Part shown: one piece after another, positions 1 to 9,966 of the stretch | Layout of the letters: every line of letters begins with the position of its first letter | Numbering within the stretch: the first letter of the stretch is position 1 | Assembly (NCBI GenBank): GCA_964512695.1 | Contig: CAZEJU010000002.1 | Location: 76,233-140,232, forward strand | Direction of reading: 5' to 3' | Source of the DNA: an uncultured Gammaproteobacteria bacterium | GTDB lineage: Bacteria > Patescibacteriota > Microgenomatia > Levybacterales > UBA12049 | DNA: 64,000 nt | Program-made: the position numbers and the translations under genes | The notes under the pieces: model-generated | The model's database searches: none | What the model was told of the DNA's origin: nothing | Seen by the model: the letters and a program-made list of their open reading frames with translations, nothing else

Positions 1-953
1 CACCAGATCCTGAAACGCAGAAAAATAAACCCCCTCTTATGGAAGATCTCTATAAGACACTTATGGGTATGGAAAATCCTGTAGCTAAAAATCTCGGCTA
101 TAGACTGGAAAAGTTTATTAAGGGTTCTGCTTCAGGAATTTTTAATCAACATTCAAACTTCGATTTAAAAAATCCATTAACTATTTTTTCTATCAGAAAC
201 CTTGAGGAAGAACTACGCCCTATCGCAATGCATATTATTCTTGATTTCGTTTGGACGAAAGTGAAGCGTTCTTTAAAACGGCGATTACTTATTCTTGATG
301 AGGCTTGGTATATGATGAAATATCAGGATTCAGCGAGTTTTGTCTATTCTCTTGCAAAGCGCGCCAGAAAATATTATCTAGGACTTACCACGGCCACACA
401 GGATGTTGAAGATTTCTTGAAAAATGAATATGGAAAAGCTGTATTAACCAACTCTTCTGTCCAAATTCTTCTTAAGCAAGGCACAGCTGAGGTCGATATG
501 GTAGGTGAAACATTTTATCTATCTGAAGGAGAACGGGAACTTCTTCTTGCAGCAGACGTCGGAGAAGGTTTATTCTTCGCGGGGAAAAATCATGTGGCTA
601 TGAAGGTAATCGCTGCGCCCTTCGAGTATCAGCTCATAACCTCAAACCCAGAAGAGCTTTTAAAAAGACAGCAAGAAGCACAAATGCAACAAATTAACTC
701 TCTACAGACCTCTACCGTTAGCACGCCACAGCCGGTAACACCGCGTCCAGCTAGTACGCCAACTGTTCAAGCTACGCAAACTCTTCCTTCTACTCAACAG
801 GCCTCACAGCCACAGGTCGTTCAACCAACACCAGCCCAGCAGCCTGCTCCCTCTAAACCCGCAGCGCAAGCACCTTCCCAACAACCTAATCAACCGACAG
901 GAAACCCTGACAACAAGAACGCATCATCTCCCTATGTATCTCCAATACCATAA
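1..953 (+). CDS. 5'-truncated VirB4/TrbE-like type IV secretion ATPase C-terminal region with a Pro/Gln/Thr-rich low-complexity tail
   Basis: The ORF is open to the window edge. It has a 'LLILDEAWYMM' Walker-B/DEAW motif typical of VirB4/TraC ATPases. The tail (about 660-953) is PQ/T-rich. Confidence 0.5.
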   Translation, partial: PDPETQKNKPPLMEDLYKTLMGMENPVAKNLGYRLEKFIKGSASGIFNQHSNFDLKNPLTIFSIRNLEEELRPIAMHIILDFVWTKVKRSLKRRLLILDEAWYMMKYQDSASFVYSLAKRARKYYLGLTTATQDVEDFLKNEYGKAVLTNSSVQILLKQGTAEVDMVGETFYLSEGERELLLAADVGEGLFFAGKNHVAMKVIAAPFEYQLITSNPEELLKRQQEAQMQQINSLQTSTVSTPQPVTPRPASTPTVQATQTLPSTQQASQPQVVQPTPAQQPAPSKPAAQAPSQQPNQPTGNPDNKNASSPYVSPIP

Positions 954-975
954 TTTGCTACTATAGAGGTAGTCT

Positions 976-3900
976 ATGGACGAAAAGAATAAGATACTGA
1001 CATTTGAAGATTACCTCGCGAAGTATCCCGAATTAATGGGAGTACGAACCCTTGAAGAGTTCGATGCACTGTTGGCAGATTTACCGGAAAAGATACCTCA
1101 TGATTTATGGGATATTATAGAACCAACAATCGTTGAAAGGGCTGACATCAGTATTGATCACCCTCAAACGAAAAAAAAGACACCTGAGAGAAAGAAAGCT
1201 CCGTCTCCGTATGCTAACAAAGCTGTTACACATATCTCTGGAACAGTAAAACCCAAATCACTTGAAGAAAATCCAGAATACATTCGCTTACGGAATGATA
1301 GAAAGAGAGAATGGTTTGAAAACCGACCAGGTATTGATGAAGACGCCTTCGTGGCTCGAGCTTATTTTAACAATCTAGAAACAGACTCTAACCATCCAGT
1401 TGATACTCTCTTCCCTTTTAAAAAAGTCCACTCAGATTTTGAGGAAGAGATCCGTAAAGAGTTTTTTCAGCTACATCCTCAGGCTGAAAAGGAACATAAA
1501 GAGTTTGAGAGAACTCACAGATATAATAATCCCATCGAAGACCCGACATATTTGGGTTTTATGCTAACAGCCAAAAAGAGAGCTCGAGAATGGTATGACA
1601 GACAGCTTTCTGAAGGGATTACGCCCTCCCCTACACAACTTGAACATCAGTTCAGTATAGAAAGAGCAAAAGCACTAGCTACCTTTCAGAACGAACATCC
1701 TCTAAAAGCAGATATCTATCAGGAACAATTTGGATCAGTTGAGAAAGCAGTTAGCCAGGCTCGAAAAGAAACGGAGGGGAAAACCTCATCAGAAACGGAA
1801 GCGCCCCAAGAATCAACTACCTACCTTATTATTGATGAAAGCGCACGAAAAGACATGCCGCTTGTTTCATTCTCTCTTCCTTCCACAAAGCTAAGAAAAG
1901 ATCAGGAATACATTCAATTTCGAGAAGCGTTACGCAATGAAAAAATCAGGGTTTGGGAAAGAGATCATCCGGACAAAAAACCGTCCGACAGAGTCTATGA
2001 TGCTAAATTTACCAGTTATTTTGATCGTAATCCAGAAACAGGAGATTTGCCGTTTTATGAAGATGCTGAAAGAATATTTCGTGGTATGCGGCCTGAAAAA
2101 GCTGCTGCTTATGACGCGTTAGAGAGAAGGAGGGTTTATAACGATCCTTTCTCAGACCCTGTTTTTGTTCAGTATCTTAAACAATCGTCAAAAGCAGCCG
2201 AGAATGCTGTAAGAGAGGCTCGCAAAGCGAATCCGAAAATCACGCGTCCTGAAGAAGAAAGAATTTACCTTGTTGAGAGATACCGTTACAGTCTTACTTT
2301 TCATGTTTTGTTTCCTGAGAAAGCTGCTGGTTATGCAAAAGTTCACAGCCCTTTTACAAGCGTAGGCAACTACCGAAAAACCGTTGGAGAGAAAACACGT
2401 CTTTTCTCTTCCTCTTCAACGCAACACAAGGCAACAGGTGAGTCCTATGATGACATTTTTAAATCTGTGACTGGTGGAGCTGTACCGAGTTCACATGCTG
2501 AAAAGCTTCCCTTTTCAAAGCCTCAAATTTCTCCTTCCGAAGAGACTGAGGAATGGGAAGAGGAAGAGGCAAGCGATAATCGTTTATATAATACGAGCGG
2601 TTCTACAAATTATAATGATGCTCGTAGCGAAAGGCCGGATAGAAGAAGAGAACCTCTCTCTAGAAGAGCAAGAGAGGCACAACGATCAATAAATAGAGCC
2701 CGCCAACGAATCCAAAACGCCAAGAAATTAGCTGAGAGAGGGCGAAAGGTCGCTCAGCTAGCACAACGCTTCGAAAAAGCGGCTCAGGTAGCCAGGGTTG
2801 CAGGTACTTTTATAGCAAGTCCTGAGTTCATCGTTGTCGTTATAATTATTTTAGTCATTTTACTGTTTTTCATTATTTTCAGTAGCATGATGAGTTCTAC
2901 CAACATCGAGCAGAGACGAGGCTATATAGATGATAGGACGCTAGCAAGAGTATCTATTCTGAAACAAGGACCAAGTATCGTAACTATACCAAGAAAATTA
3001 GTTCCACTACCAGACGATCCTTTTAACACAGAGCCTGACTGGGATAAGGTTTATGTAACCTATAGAATGAATGTTACGTATCCCGGAATCGCAGAAGATG
3101 TCATTATCGCTGAAGCTGTGCCTGAAGGAACTGAAATAATTACAAATGATGATCCTACTACACCTAGCATTGAAGAAACTACCGAACCGTTTAAGCGTCT
3201 TGATGAAAATGGAGAGGCTGTCAGAAATAACAGAGATACAAGAGTTATAGAGTGGTCGTTAAAAGACTTACAAGATCCGGTACGAGTAGCAACCCCAAAC
3301 CCTTCTCAGCCTGTTAGAAACGTTACAGCATATACCAACCCTCCCTATAATTTCCCCGCTCCTTCAGGCACATCGGACACTACGTATTCAGATGCCGAGC
3401 TTACCCGGTTAAATGAGCTGGGTGGAAGAGTTAGAAAGTATGATTCGTATCTACTCGGAATTGTTAACAGTAATAGCGAGTATACCGATCCTTTCCTTTC
3501 TGTAATTTGGGCAGGCGCGATTGCAAAAACAGGTGGTGATCCATATTACTGGAAATGCGGATCCCGAAGAGTAAACGATGGTTGTTCTTCTGGAGCCTTC
3601 TCGTCTGGAGAGTGGTTAACAGGGCATGCAATGCCCGTGAACAAAGCAACTGACAGTCTTTACAGTGTTTTTGCTGCAGTATATGGTGTTAGCGGCGCAG
3701 AGAATCCTGATCGGGTTAGAGAAATAGGTCAACGTGTTGTAGATTTTTCAGGTAGTTCTCCTCTCGGAGGTATTCAGAACCCTATTACCTTCCCCAGCAA
3801 ACGACTTGGATTACTTATAGATGAAGCAAAAGCTGGCAACTCAGAAGCTCAACAAGCGGTCGCGATATTACTTATGGATCCAGATATCGCAGCGCTTTCA

Positions 3901-4608
3901 CTTGCACGAATGATTGCGCTTGACATATCCCGAAATAATGACTGGGCATCAACGCTGCGTGGTTATGGATATTCTGATATACAAACATATGCAAATAGAT
4001 TGAACGCAATTATTCAAAAATACTCAGGAACTATTGTCGGAAAATTTGATTCTGAAGAAATTGTTGTTACATTTAAAATCCCTTCTGACATGTGGATAGC
4101 GAACACAGCAGTAGGAACTGTCATAGGCGCTCAAAGAACAGATGATCGGAGTCCCTCACAACTGCCTAATGATGAAAACTGCAATGGTTTTTATACGCTA
4201 AACAATAAAATTCATAAAAACTTCGGTGACCCTGGATGTGATTACAAAAGCGATAAAGATAAAGCAAAGCAAGAATTAATCGCGAGATTAGGAGCAGATA
4301 ATCCCGATGTTAATAAATGGGCTCTTGTCGTAATCCCTTGTGAAAGCGGCTATAATGCAAACGCATATGCTTCACATGAAAGTATAGGAACTCCTGATAA
4401 AGGTGGCGCTTGGGGTATGTTTCAAATGGGTAGCTGCATAGACGCTCCAGGATCCGGATGTGATGGAAAAAATGGTCCTTATGATAAGGGTGATGTAAAC
4501 TGGCAGCTGCAAATTCGAAACGCTGTAGAATATAATAGAATTTTAGAGAGAAATCGTCGAAAGTGGCAGTACTGGGCATGTGCTAAACGATATTGGGGAC
4601 AACCATGA
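976..4608 (+). CDS. Giant membrane-anchored protein (one TM near aa 615-640) with a C-terminal SLT-like lytic transglycosylase domain (VirB1-like)
   Basis: 1210-aa ORF. It has a hydrophobic segment 'FIVVVIIILVILLFFIIF'. The C-terminal 'CESGYNANAYAS...GAWGMFQMGS' resembles the SLT ES...GLMQ motif. It lies next to a VirB4-like ATPase. Confidence 0.5.
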   Translation: MDEKNKILTFEDYLAKYPELMGVRTLEEFDALLADLPEKIPHDLWDIIEPTIVERADISIDHPQTKKKTPERKKAPSPYANKAVTHISGTVKPKSLEENPEYIRLRNDRKREWFENRPGIDEDAFVARAYFNNLETDSNHPVDTLFPFKKVHSDFEEEIRKEFFQLHPQAEKEHKEFERTHRYNNPIEDPTYLGFMLTAKKRAREWYDRQLSEGITPSPTQLEHQFSIERAKALATFQNEHPLKADIYQEQFGSVEKAVSQARKETEGKTSSETEAPQESTTYLIIDESARKDMPLVSFSLPSTKLRKDQEYIQFREALRNEKIRVWERDHPDKKPSDRVYDAKFTSYFDRNPETGDLPFYEDAERIFRGMRPEKAAAYDALERRRVYNDPFSDPVFVQYLKQSSKAAENAVREARKANPKITRPEEERIYLVERYRYSLTFHVLFPEKAAGYAKVHSPFTSVGNYRKTVGEKTRLFSSSSTQHKATGESYDDIFKSVTGGAVPSSHAEKLPFSKPQISPSEETEEWEEEEASDNRLYNTSGSTNYNDARSERPDRRREPLSRRAREAQRSINRARQRIQNAKKLAERGRKVAQLAQRFEKAAQVARVAGTFIASPEFIVVVIIILVILLFFIIFSSMMSSTNIEQRRGYIDDRTLARVSILKQGPSIVTIPRKLVPLPDDPFNTEPDWDKVYVTYRMNVTYPGIAEDVIIAEAVPEGTEIITNDDPTTPSIEETTEPFKRLDENGEAVRNNRDTRVIEWSLKDLQDPVRVATPNPSQPVRNVTAYTNPPYNFPAPSGTSDTTYSDAELTRLNELGGRVRKYDSYLLGIVNSNSEYTDPFLSVIWAGAIAKTGGDPYYWKCGSRRVNDGCSSGAFSSGEWLTGHAMPVNKATDSLYSVFAAVYGVSGAENPDRVREIGQRVVDFSGSSPLGGIQNPITFPSKRLGLLIDEAKAGNSEAQQAVAILLMDPDIAALSLARMIALDISRNNDWASTLRGYGYSDIQTYANRLNAIIQKYSGTIVGKFDSEEIVVTFKIPSDMWIANTAVGTVIGAQRTDDRSPSQLPNDENCNGFYTLNNKIHKNFGDPGCDYKSDKDKAKQELIARLGADNPDVNKWALVVIPCESGYNANAYASHESIGTPDKGGAWGMFQMGSCIDAPGSGCDGKNGPYDKGDVNWQLQIRNAVEYNRILERNRRKWQYWACAKRYWGQP

Positions 4609-5156
4609 AAAATCTATTAGAAATATTGTCGGACAAAAGGTTAAAATATATTCTTGTTGGAATTCCATTGTTACTAGTCATCTATGTTTTTCTATTAGGG
4701 TCTAGGCCTCAAAGAAACATTACGAATCGGCCTATTACGCCTACTCCTACTTCAGGAACTTCGGCAATAGTAACTGCGCCTCTTACAAAAGACTATTATG
4801 ATCCTGATGCAATGGATAGATTTATTAACACTATAGAGACACCTGTCCCTTTATCCCGAGCAGACCAGTTAGCCAAACAAAATATCATTAATCAGTTAAA
4901 TAAACAGTCCGGAATCACACAGCGAACCTCCGAATACATAATTGAATATGTTAATAGTTCAGATGTCTTTATGGTAGAGATAACAACTATTGATGTTGCT
5001 TCGGCAAAACAGCAGGTTAAAAATTGGTTCTTAGGCAATGGCTTTAGTAGTGAATCGTTGTGTACCATGCCTGTTATCTTTTATTTGAATTTTGAAATAG
5101 CCAATATTTTTAGAAATGAAGGAAGAACCTTCAGTCCACTTGCAGAGGGATGCTAA
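4605..5156 (+). CDS. Small membrane-anchored hypothetical protein
   Basis: ATG overlaps the upstream stop (ATGA). It has an N-terminal TM 'YILVGIPLLLVIYVFLL'. Confidence 0.4.
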   Translation: MKNLLEILSDKRLKYILVGIPLLLVIYVFLLGSRPQRNITNRPITPTPTSGTSAIVTAPLTKDYYDPDAMDRFINTIETPVPLSRADQLAKQNIINQLNKQSGITQRTSEYIIEYVNSSDVFMVEITTIDVASAKQQVKNWFLGNGFSSESLCTMPVIFYLNFEIANIFRNEGRTFSPLAEGC

Positions 5157-5190
5157 TAATTTTGTCATTTGCTATACTATTTTTACATTT

Positions 5191-5919
5191 ATGAAAAGAC
5201 TTATTTCAGTCTTGTTACTACTCTCTTCTTTTCTACAATACCCTTCTCTCAGCCATGCACAAATATCTGAAAGTAATTGTGTTCTAACGCAGGTAGGAAA
5301 TCCTGCTGCTCCATCTCCAAACTGTGGAAAGAAAAGCACAACGTTAATAACTGAAGCATCAGACTATATCCGTCAAGGGTATGTAAAGTGTGGAAGACCA
5401 AGTGGAGCAACGTATCTCTACGATGGATTAGGAGGCTGCTTAAGAGGTGAACTACAGAGACTTTCTGGAAATAAATATACAGACATACAGCTTCAAGCTT
5501 TTGAAGCTGTAAGAAGAAGCGTTATTGCAAATAATTGTTCACAGTGCATAGGATATGTAAAATCTGTATTAGCGCTTGTTGATGAATCTACTTCTCCTAT
5601 TCCGGGATCGACAAACGCTAACACTGTTATCAACTCGGCTACAAATGGTAATTTTATGTCTGGGAGATATAGGTATACCCTTGTTGGACGTGGTACCGCT
5701 GCAGACATTCAGCCTGGCGATGTAGGAGCAACAAACGAAGGGGTCTGGGGGCATATTTTAATAGTTAAGCAAGTACATAATAATACTCACTTTTACGCAT
5801 ACGAATCTCATTGGCATTTAAGCTGTGGTGTTACTGATAATGTTTTGCATCCAAAAGCTAATCCTCAGACAGGTGCTGAATATTATTTCTACAGGAGACA
5901 AGATACGCCTGCTACATAA
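5191..5919 (+). CDS. Secreted CHAP-domain peptidoglycan hydrolase/amidase
   Basis: Signal peptide 'MKRLISVLLLLSSFLQYPSLSHA'. The Cys motif 'SQCIGYVKS' and His motif 'GHILIVKQV' are typical of CHAP. Confidence 0.55.
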   Translation: MKRLISVLLLLSSFLQYPSLSHAQISESNCVLTQVGNPAAPSPNCGKKSTTLITEASDYIRQGYVKCGRPSGATYLYDGLGGCLRGELQRLSGNKYTDIQLQAFEAVRRSVIANNCSQCIGYVKSVLALVDESTSPIPGSTNANTVINSATNGNFMSGRYRYTLVGRGTAADIQPGDVGATNEGVWGHILIVKQVHNNTHFYAYESHWHLSCGVTDNVLHPKANPQTGAEYYFYRRQDTPAT

Positions 5920-5921
5920 TT

Positions 5922-6644
5922 ATGAACAAATATTTTTTCTTATTAAAACAGAATCGAATTCTTTTCATAGGAGCTTTTATACTCTTCTTTCTCTTATTTT
6001 TTTTCATTGTTTCTTCTTTTACACGTTTTGCTCCTCTACATAATCCTGATGGATCTCTACAAAACAATACGCCCTCGTTAACTCCTACAATTATACAAAC
6101 GCAGAAATCTTTCCGGATTTTAAAAACTAATCCTGCATTAGGCGAAAACAATATTTATCCTGGAGAAATTATTATAACCATAACAACTAATGAACCTGTT
6201 GTTTCCGTCAAGAATATCTCACTCTCATTCTCTCCAGAACTTCCTTCTTCGTCGTATTGGAAGTTCACGAACTTTTTTCCTAGCAAAACTCTTACAGCAC
6301 AGATTTATGGTGGGCTTCAATTAAATACACAATATACTGTAACCATTAAGAATTCTCTGAACCAAGATATATATGATTGGTTTTTCATAACCTCAGGTGA
6401 GACGCCAGAAAATAACACGCAACTTGTAAGAGAATCTGAAGAAGAGGCTAATAAAAAATACTTTCCTTTAATTAAATATGTGCCTTACTCCACAAGTACT
6501 TTCTCTATTGATTATGTCGATGGACTTATTCTCGAAGTCAAGATGAAGGGAACAAATGAAGGAGAAATAAAAAGACAAGTCACAGACTGGATACGTAACA
6601 GAGGAGTTGACCCTTCTACTCATACAATACGATATACAAGATAA
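5922..6644 (+). CDS. Membrane-anchored or secreted hypothetical protein
   Basis: N-terminal TM 'ILFIGAFILFFLLFFFIV'. No recognisable motif. Confidence 0.35.
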   Translation: MNKYFFLLKQNRILFIGAFILFFLLFFFIVSSFTRFAPLHNPDGSLQNNTPSLTPTIIQTQKSFRILKTNPALGENNIYPGEIIITITTNEPVVSVKNISLSFSPELPSSSYWKFTNFFPSKTLTAQIYGGLQLNTQYTVTIKNSLNQDIYDWFFITSGETPENNTQLVRESEEEANKKYFPLIKYVPYSTSTFSIDYVDGLILEVKMKGTNEGEIKRQVTDWIRNRGVDPSTHTIRYTR

Positions 6645-7766
6645 CTATTCATGAAGCCTAATAGGCATAATTAAGTGAAGGTATGATTCATCTTCTGCTA
6701 TTTTAAATACCCCTGGATTTAGAGGTCCGGTCATAGCAAATTCCAATCTATCAGCGTTTACATTACCAAGTAAATCCATAAGATATCGCGCATTAAACGC
6801 TATCTCATTCTCCTCTCCTTTTAATGTCGCTTCAACCGTGACTGTATTTTCTCCAGCTGAAGCTGTTTTAGAAGAAACAATAATACTTTCTTTCTTAAGG
6901 GAAAGAGTAATAATATTCGCGTTATCTCGAGCAAAAATTGAACATATCTTAACAGCTTTTAACATTTCTTCACGATCGAAAAAAGATTGGGCTGAGAAAT
7001 CTCCTGGAATAATCTTTTGATAATTAGGATATGTTGCTTCTATTAGCCTACCTACCAGAATAGTCTCCCCCATATCAAAAAGGACTTGATTACTTGTTTT
7101 AGCTATATACATAATAACCTCCTCTTTTTCTTCTCGTATAGCATGAAGCTCTCTAAATAACCTGGCTGGAATTATCATGGAAATATCATTATTGACAGGT
7201 TGTTCCTGGTCGTTTTTAATGACCGCATGTCTTTTTAAAGAAAGCCTATATCCATCTGTAGCCACTAATAAAAAACCTTCTGTTTCCTGCTTAACTAAAA
7301 GACCTGAAAGCGCTGGCTTCGTAGTATCAGTACTAGCAGCAAAAACAATTGATGAAATATCTTTCCTTAGTTGTTCAGCGTGTAATGTGGCACTTAATAC
7401 TCCTCTTTCTTCATAAAGCTTTGGGAATTCTTCTTTAGGAATCGTTTGGAAAACACTTTTTGTTTTTTTTGATGTAACATGAACGTTTTGATCTGTCGAC
7501 TCTACTGTAATTGTTTCTATGGGTAAAGAGTTTATTAGTTCTGTGAATGTTTTTGCAGGAATAGTTACTACTCCGGGTTCATCAATCGTTGCTTTACAGA
7601 ATGTCTCAATGCCTATTTCTAAATCTGTACTGCTAAGAACAATTTTGTTTTCTTGTGTCTCTAAGAGAAAGTTTTGGAGGACTGGGAGTTGGGTTTTTGA
7701 AGAGATAGCATGATTTATAAACGCAAGCTTTTTTTGTAACTGTTCAGTATTTATATGAATCTTCAT
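6645..7766 (-). CDS. dnaN: DNA polymerase III beta sliding clamp
   Basis: 373 aa. It begins 'MKIHINTEQLQKKLAFINHAISSKTQLPVLQNFLLE' and lies immediately downstream of dnaA. Confidence 0.9.
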   Translation of the reverse strand: MKIHINTEQLQKKLAFINHAISSKTQLPVLQNFLLETQENKIVLSSTDLEIGIETFCKATIDEPGVVTIPAKTFTELINSLPIETITVESTDQNVHVTSKKTKSVFQTIPKEEFPKLYEERGVLSATLHAEQLRKDISSIVFAASTDTTKPALSGLLVKQETEGFLLVATDGYRLSLKRHAVIKNDQEQPVNNDISMIIPARLFRELHAIREEKEEVIMYIAKTSNQVLFDMGETILVGRLIEATYPNYQKIIPGDFSAQSFFDREEMLKAVKICSIFARDNANIITLSLKKESIIVSSKTASAGENTVTVEATLKGEENEIAFNARYLMDLLGNVNADRLEFAMTGPLNPGVFKIAEDESYLHLIMPIRLHE

Positions 7767-7974
7767 ATATTACAATTTGTTGTTGTAGTAGTGTATATGG
7801 AAATGTGGAAAAAATCAACAAGTTTTATCCTGTAAGACTAGTGGCGAGAATCAGAACAGAAATTTTTTGTTGTAATAATATATATATGCGTCATGGCTAA
7901 TCAAATGGGGAATATTCGTTGATAAAAATGTGGATAATATGTGGAAAGCTATATTCTCAACATTCTTAATACTT
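7767..7974. promoter_or_regulatory. Candidate oriC in the dnaA-dnaN spacer, with DnaA boxes and an AT-rich stretch
   Basis: Perfect TGTGGATAA at 7929-7937. Near-boxes are TGTGGAAAG at 7940-7948 and TGTGGAAAA at 7804-7812. An AT-rich run 'gttgtaataatatatatatg' sits around 7871-7890. Confidence 0.55.
7929..7937 (-). promoter_or_regulatory. Consensus DnaA box (TTATCCACA on the minus strand)
   Basis: Exact 9-mer. Confidence 0.6.
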
Positions 7975-9327
7975 TTACACATATAACTGTTGAGTAATCC
8001 TCTCAATATCCTCATTTATTGCAGCCTTGTTTTCCACAAGATGCTCTATTTTCTCCACACCATGCATAATCGTTGTATGGTCTCTCCCTCCAAGCAGGTT
8101 GCCAATCTCAACAAGTGTAAGGGAAAGCTTCGTTTTTAGAAGGTACATGGTAATTTGTCGTGCTTTAACAAGTGAGGCTTCTCTTTTTGGGCCTCTTAAT
8201 TGGGTTGGTTTAATATTATAGTACGTACAAACATTTTTAATAACATCTTCTGCATGAAGATGTGGCTTAGTGTCTCCGACTTCTCTACCCAATGCCTGAG
8301 AGATTACGCTCACAGTAAGAGGAACGTTTTTCGTAGTAGCGATAGTTACTGTGCGTAATAAAAGCCCTTCTAACGTTCTTGCATCTGTTGCTTGTTCTGC
8401 GAGAAACTTTGCCACATCTATAGGTAGATCGATATTATACTTTCTGGCTTTAATGAGCAAAATCGCAGTTTTAAGTTCGAAATCAGGAGCTCCTATATCT
8501 ACTGTGAGGCCACCAGCAAATCGCGATGACAACCTTTTCTCCAGTTTCTTAATCTCTTCAGGTGGGCGGTCAGAAGAAAGAACAATTTGCGCTCCTTGAT
8601 CAATAAGTATATTAAAAGTATGGAATAGCTCTTCTTGTACCCGCTCTTTACCTTCTATAAATTGAATATCATCAATAAGCAGTAATATCGCTGATCTGAA
8701 GCGCTTCTTCATCTTTGCAGTTTCATTTGTACGGATTGCTTCAACCACCTCGTTTGTAAACTCTTCACTCGTTATGTAAATAATCTTTCTGTCTGGCTGT
8801 TTTTGATAAACATCATTTGCAATTGCGTGCATAAGGTGCGTTTTTCCTACTCCCACTGGACCATAAATAAAAAAAGGATTGTAGGAAGTCCCTGGATTTC
8901 CGGCTACAGTTGATGCAGACACAAAAGCTAATTGGTTACTGGAAGATACAGCGAAGTTCTGAAATGTAAAATCCGGCCGTACTCGTGGTAAGTGTCCAAT
9001 AACGAGTGAGGTAGGTTTTTGAACTGGTGCTTGAACAAAAAGAGGTGTATGTTCTTCTTCTATCTCTGTAGCCTGTATGGATTTAACAATAAAGAGAATG
9101 GAACTTTGTAAACCGGTTATGGTATCAATATGGGTTTTTATTCGCTCAGAAAACCTTCTTTGCAACATATCAACAATCATTGGGGAAGGTGCTGCGATGG
9201 TAGCTATCTCGTCGGCAAATGAAATAAGTGACGTTTGTTTAAATAATGTTAAAAAGTTAGCACGAGAAACTTCTTTTTCAATTTCTATTAAAACCTTTTG
9301 CCAAATGTTTTGTGGATCAGCCTCCAT
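7975..9327 (-). CDS. dnaA: Chromosomal replication initiator DnaA
   Basis: Walker A 'GPVGVGKTHLMHAIAN', AAA+ and C-terminal DNA-binding domain. The start is chosen at 'MEADPQNIWQKV' because the longer N-terminal ORF extension is not DnaA-like. Confidence 0.9.
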   Translation of the reverse strand: MEADPQNIWQKVLIEIEKEVSRANFLTLFKQTSLISFADEIATIAAPSPMIVDMLQRRFSERIKTHIDTITGLQSSILFIVKSIQATEIEEEHTPLFVQAPVQKPTSLVIGHLPRVRPDFTFQNFAVSSSNQLAFVSASTVAGNPGTSYNPFFIYGPVGVGKTHLMHAIANDVYQKQPDRKIIYITSEEFTNEVVEAIRTNETAKMKKRFRSAILLLIDDIQFIEGKERVQEELFHTFNILIDQGAQIVLSSDRPPEEIKKLEKRLSSRFAGGLTVDIGAPDFELKTAILLIKARKYNIDLPIDVAKFLAEQATDARTLEGLLLRTVTIATTKNVPLTVSVISQALGREVGDTKPHLHAEDVIKNVCTYYNIKPTQLRGPKREASLVKARQITMYLLKTKLSLTLVEIGNLLGGRDHTTIMHGVEKIEHLVENKAAINEDIERITQQLYV

Positions 9328-9369
9328 ATATAAACCTAGAGATAAAGTCGATACAAAGCAGTGTACTAA

Positions 9370-9378
9370 TGTGGATAA
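9370..9378 (-). promoter_or_regulatory. Consensus DnaA box upstream of dnaA (rpmH/dnaA divergent region)
   Basis: Exact TGTGGATAA. Confidence 0.5.
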
Positions 9379-9490
9379 CTTTTTGTCAAGAAGGAGTTTT
9401 TCTACGAAAGAATAGTCTACCATTTGATGTTTGAAGCTTAACTCGAGTAGGACTTGTGGTTCTCTCCCCTACTTTGCTATACTATACAGA

Positions 9491-9625
9491 TATGGAAAAA
9501 TTTGTTACCCTAAAAAAGGTTCGCCGAAAAAGAAAACATGGCTTTCTTGCTCGTATGGCTTCTCATACTGGTAGAAAGGTAATAAGTCGACGACAAAAAA
9601 CTGGAAGAAAGAGAATAACAGTCTA
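9491..9625 (+). CDS. rpmH: 50S ribosomal protein L34
   Basis: Hand-translated 44 aa '[44 protein letters not shown]'. It is missing from the ORF track because it is under 60 aa. Confidence 0.85.
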
Positions 9626-9636
9626 ACTAATTCTGC

Positions 9637-9966
9637 ATGATACCACGCGAACATCGTCTTCCGGCAAGCGTAGTTTTTCAGAACACATTCAGTGTCTCTT
9701 CTCAATCATTCCTTTTTAAATACGCAAAAAACAATTTGGATGGAAATAGATATGCATTTGTGGTATCCAAAAAAGTTTGTAAAACAGCAGTGGCAAGAAA
9801 TAGGGTGAGAAGAAGAGTTCGAGCCTGGGTAGAGTCTAATATGCCGAACATTAAGCCTGGTTATGATATCTTATTAATTATCAGACAGGACTTATCCAGT
9901 ATTACGTACCAAGACATAAAAGAAGAGTTACAAACGGTTTTTACAAAAGCAAGTTTATTGTTATGA
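9637..9966 (+). CDS. rnpA: Ribonuclease P protein component
   Basis: 109-aa basic protein directly after rpmH, in the conserved rpmH-rnpA-yidD-yidC order. Confidence 0.75.
   Translation: MIPREHRLPASVVFQNTFSVSSQSFLFKYAKNNLDGNRYAFVVSKKVCKTAVARNRVRRRVRAWVESNMPNIKPGYDILLIIRQDLSSITYQDIKEELQTVFTKASLLL

Noticed and set aside
1937-4579. Short ORFs (60-90 aa) on both strands inside the 1210-aa gene (1937-2122, 2474-2692, 3464-3649, 4310-4579)
   Set aside because: They are fully nested in, or antisense to, a long ORF with coherent motifs. They show no independent signals and are treated as spurious.
5493-9415. Antisense or nested small ORFs within the CHAP gene, dnaN and dnaA (for example 5493-5708, 6838-7020, 7177-7416, 8027-8221, 8351-8599, 9077-9415)
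   Set aside because: They overlap well-supported conserved genes and have no start or motif support.
9505-9705. Track ORF on the minus strand (66 aa) across the rpmH locus
   Set aside because: The + strand encodes a clear L34 protein and the start of rnpA. The minus ORF is the antisense artefact.
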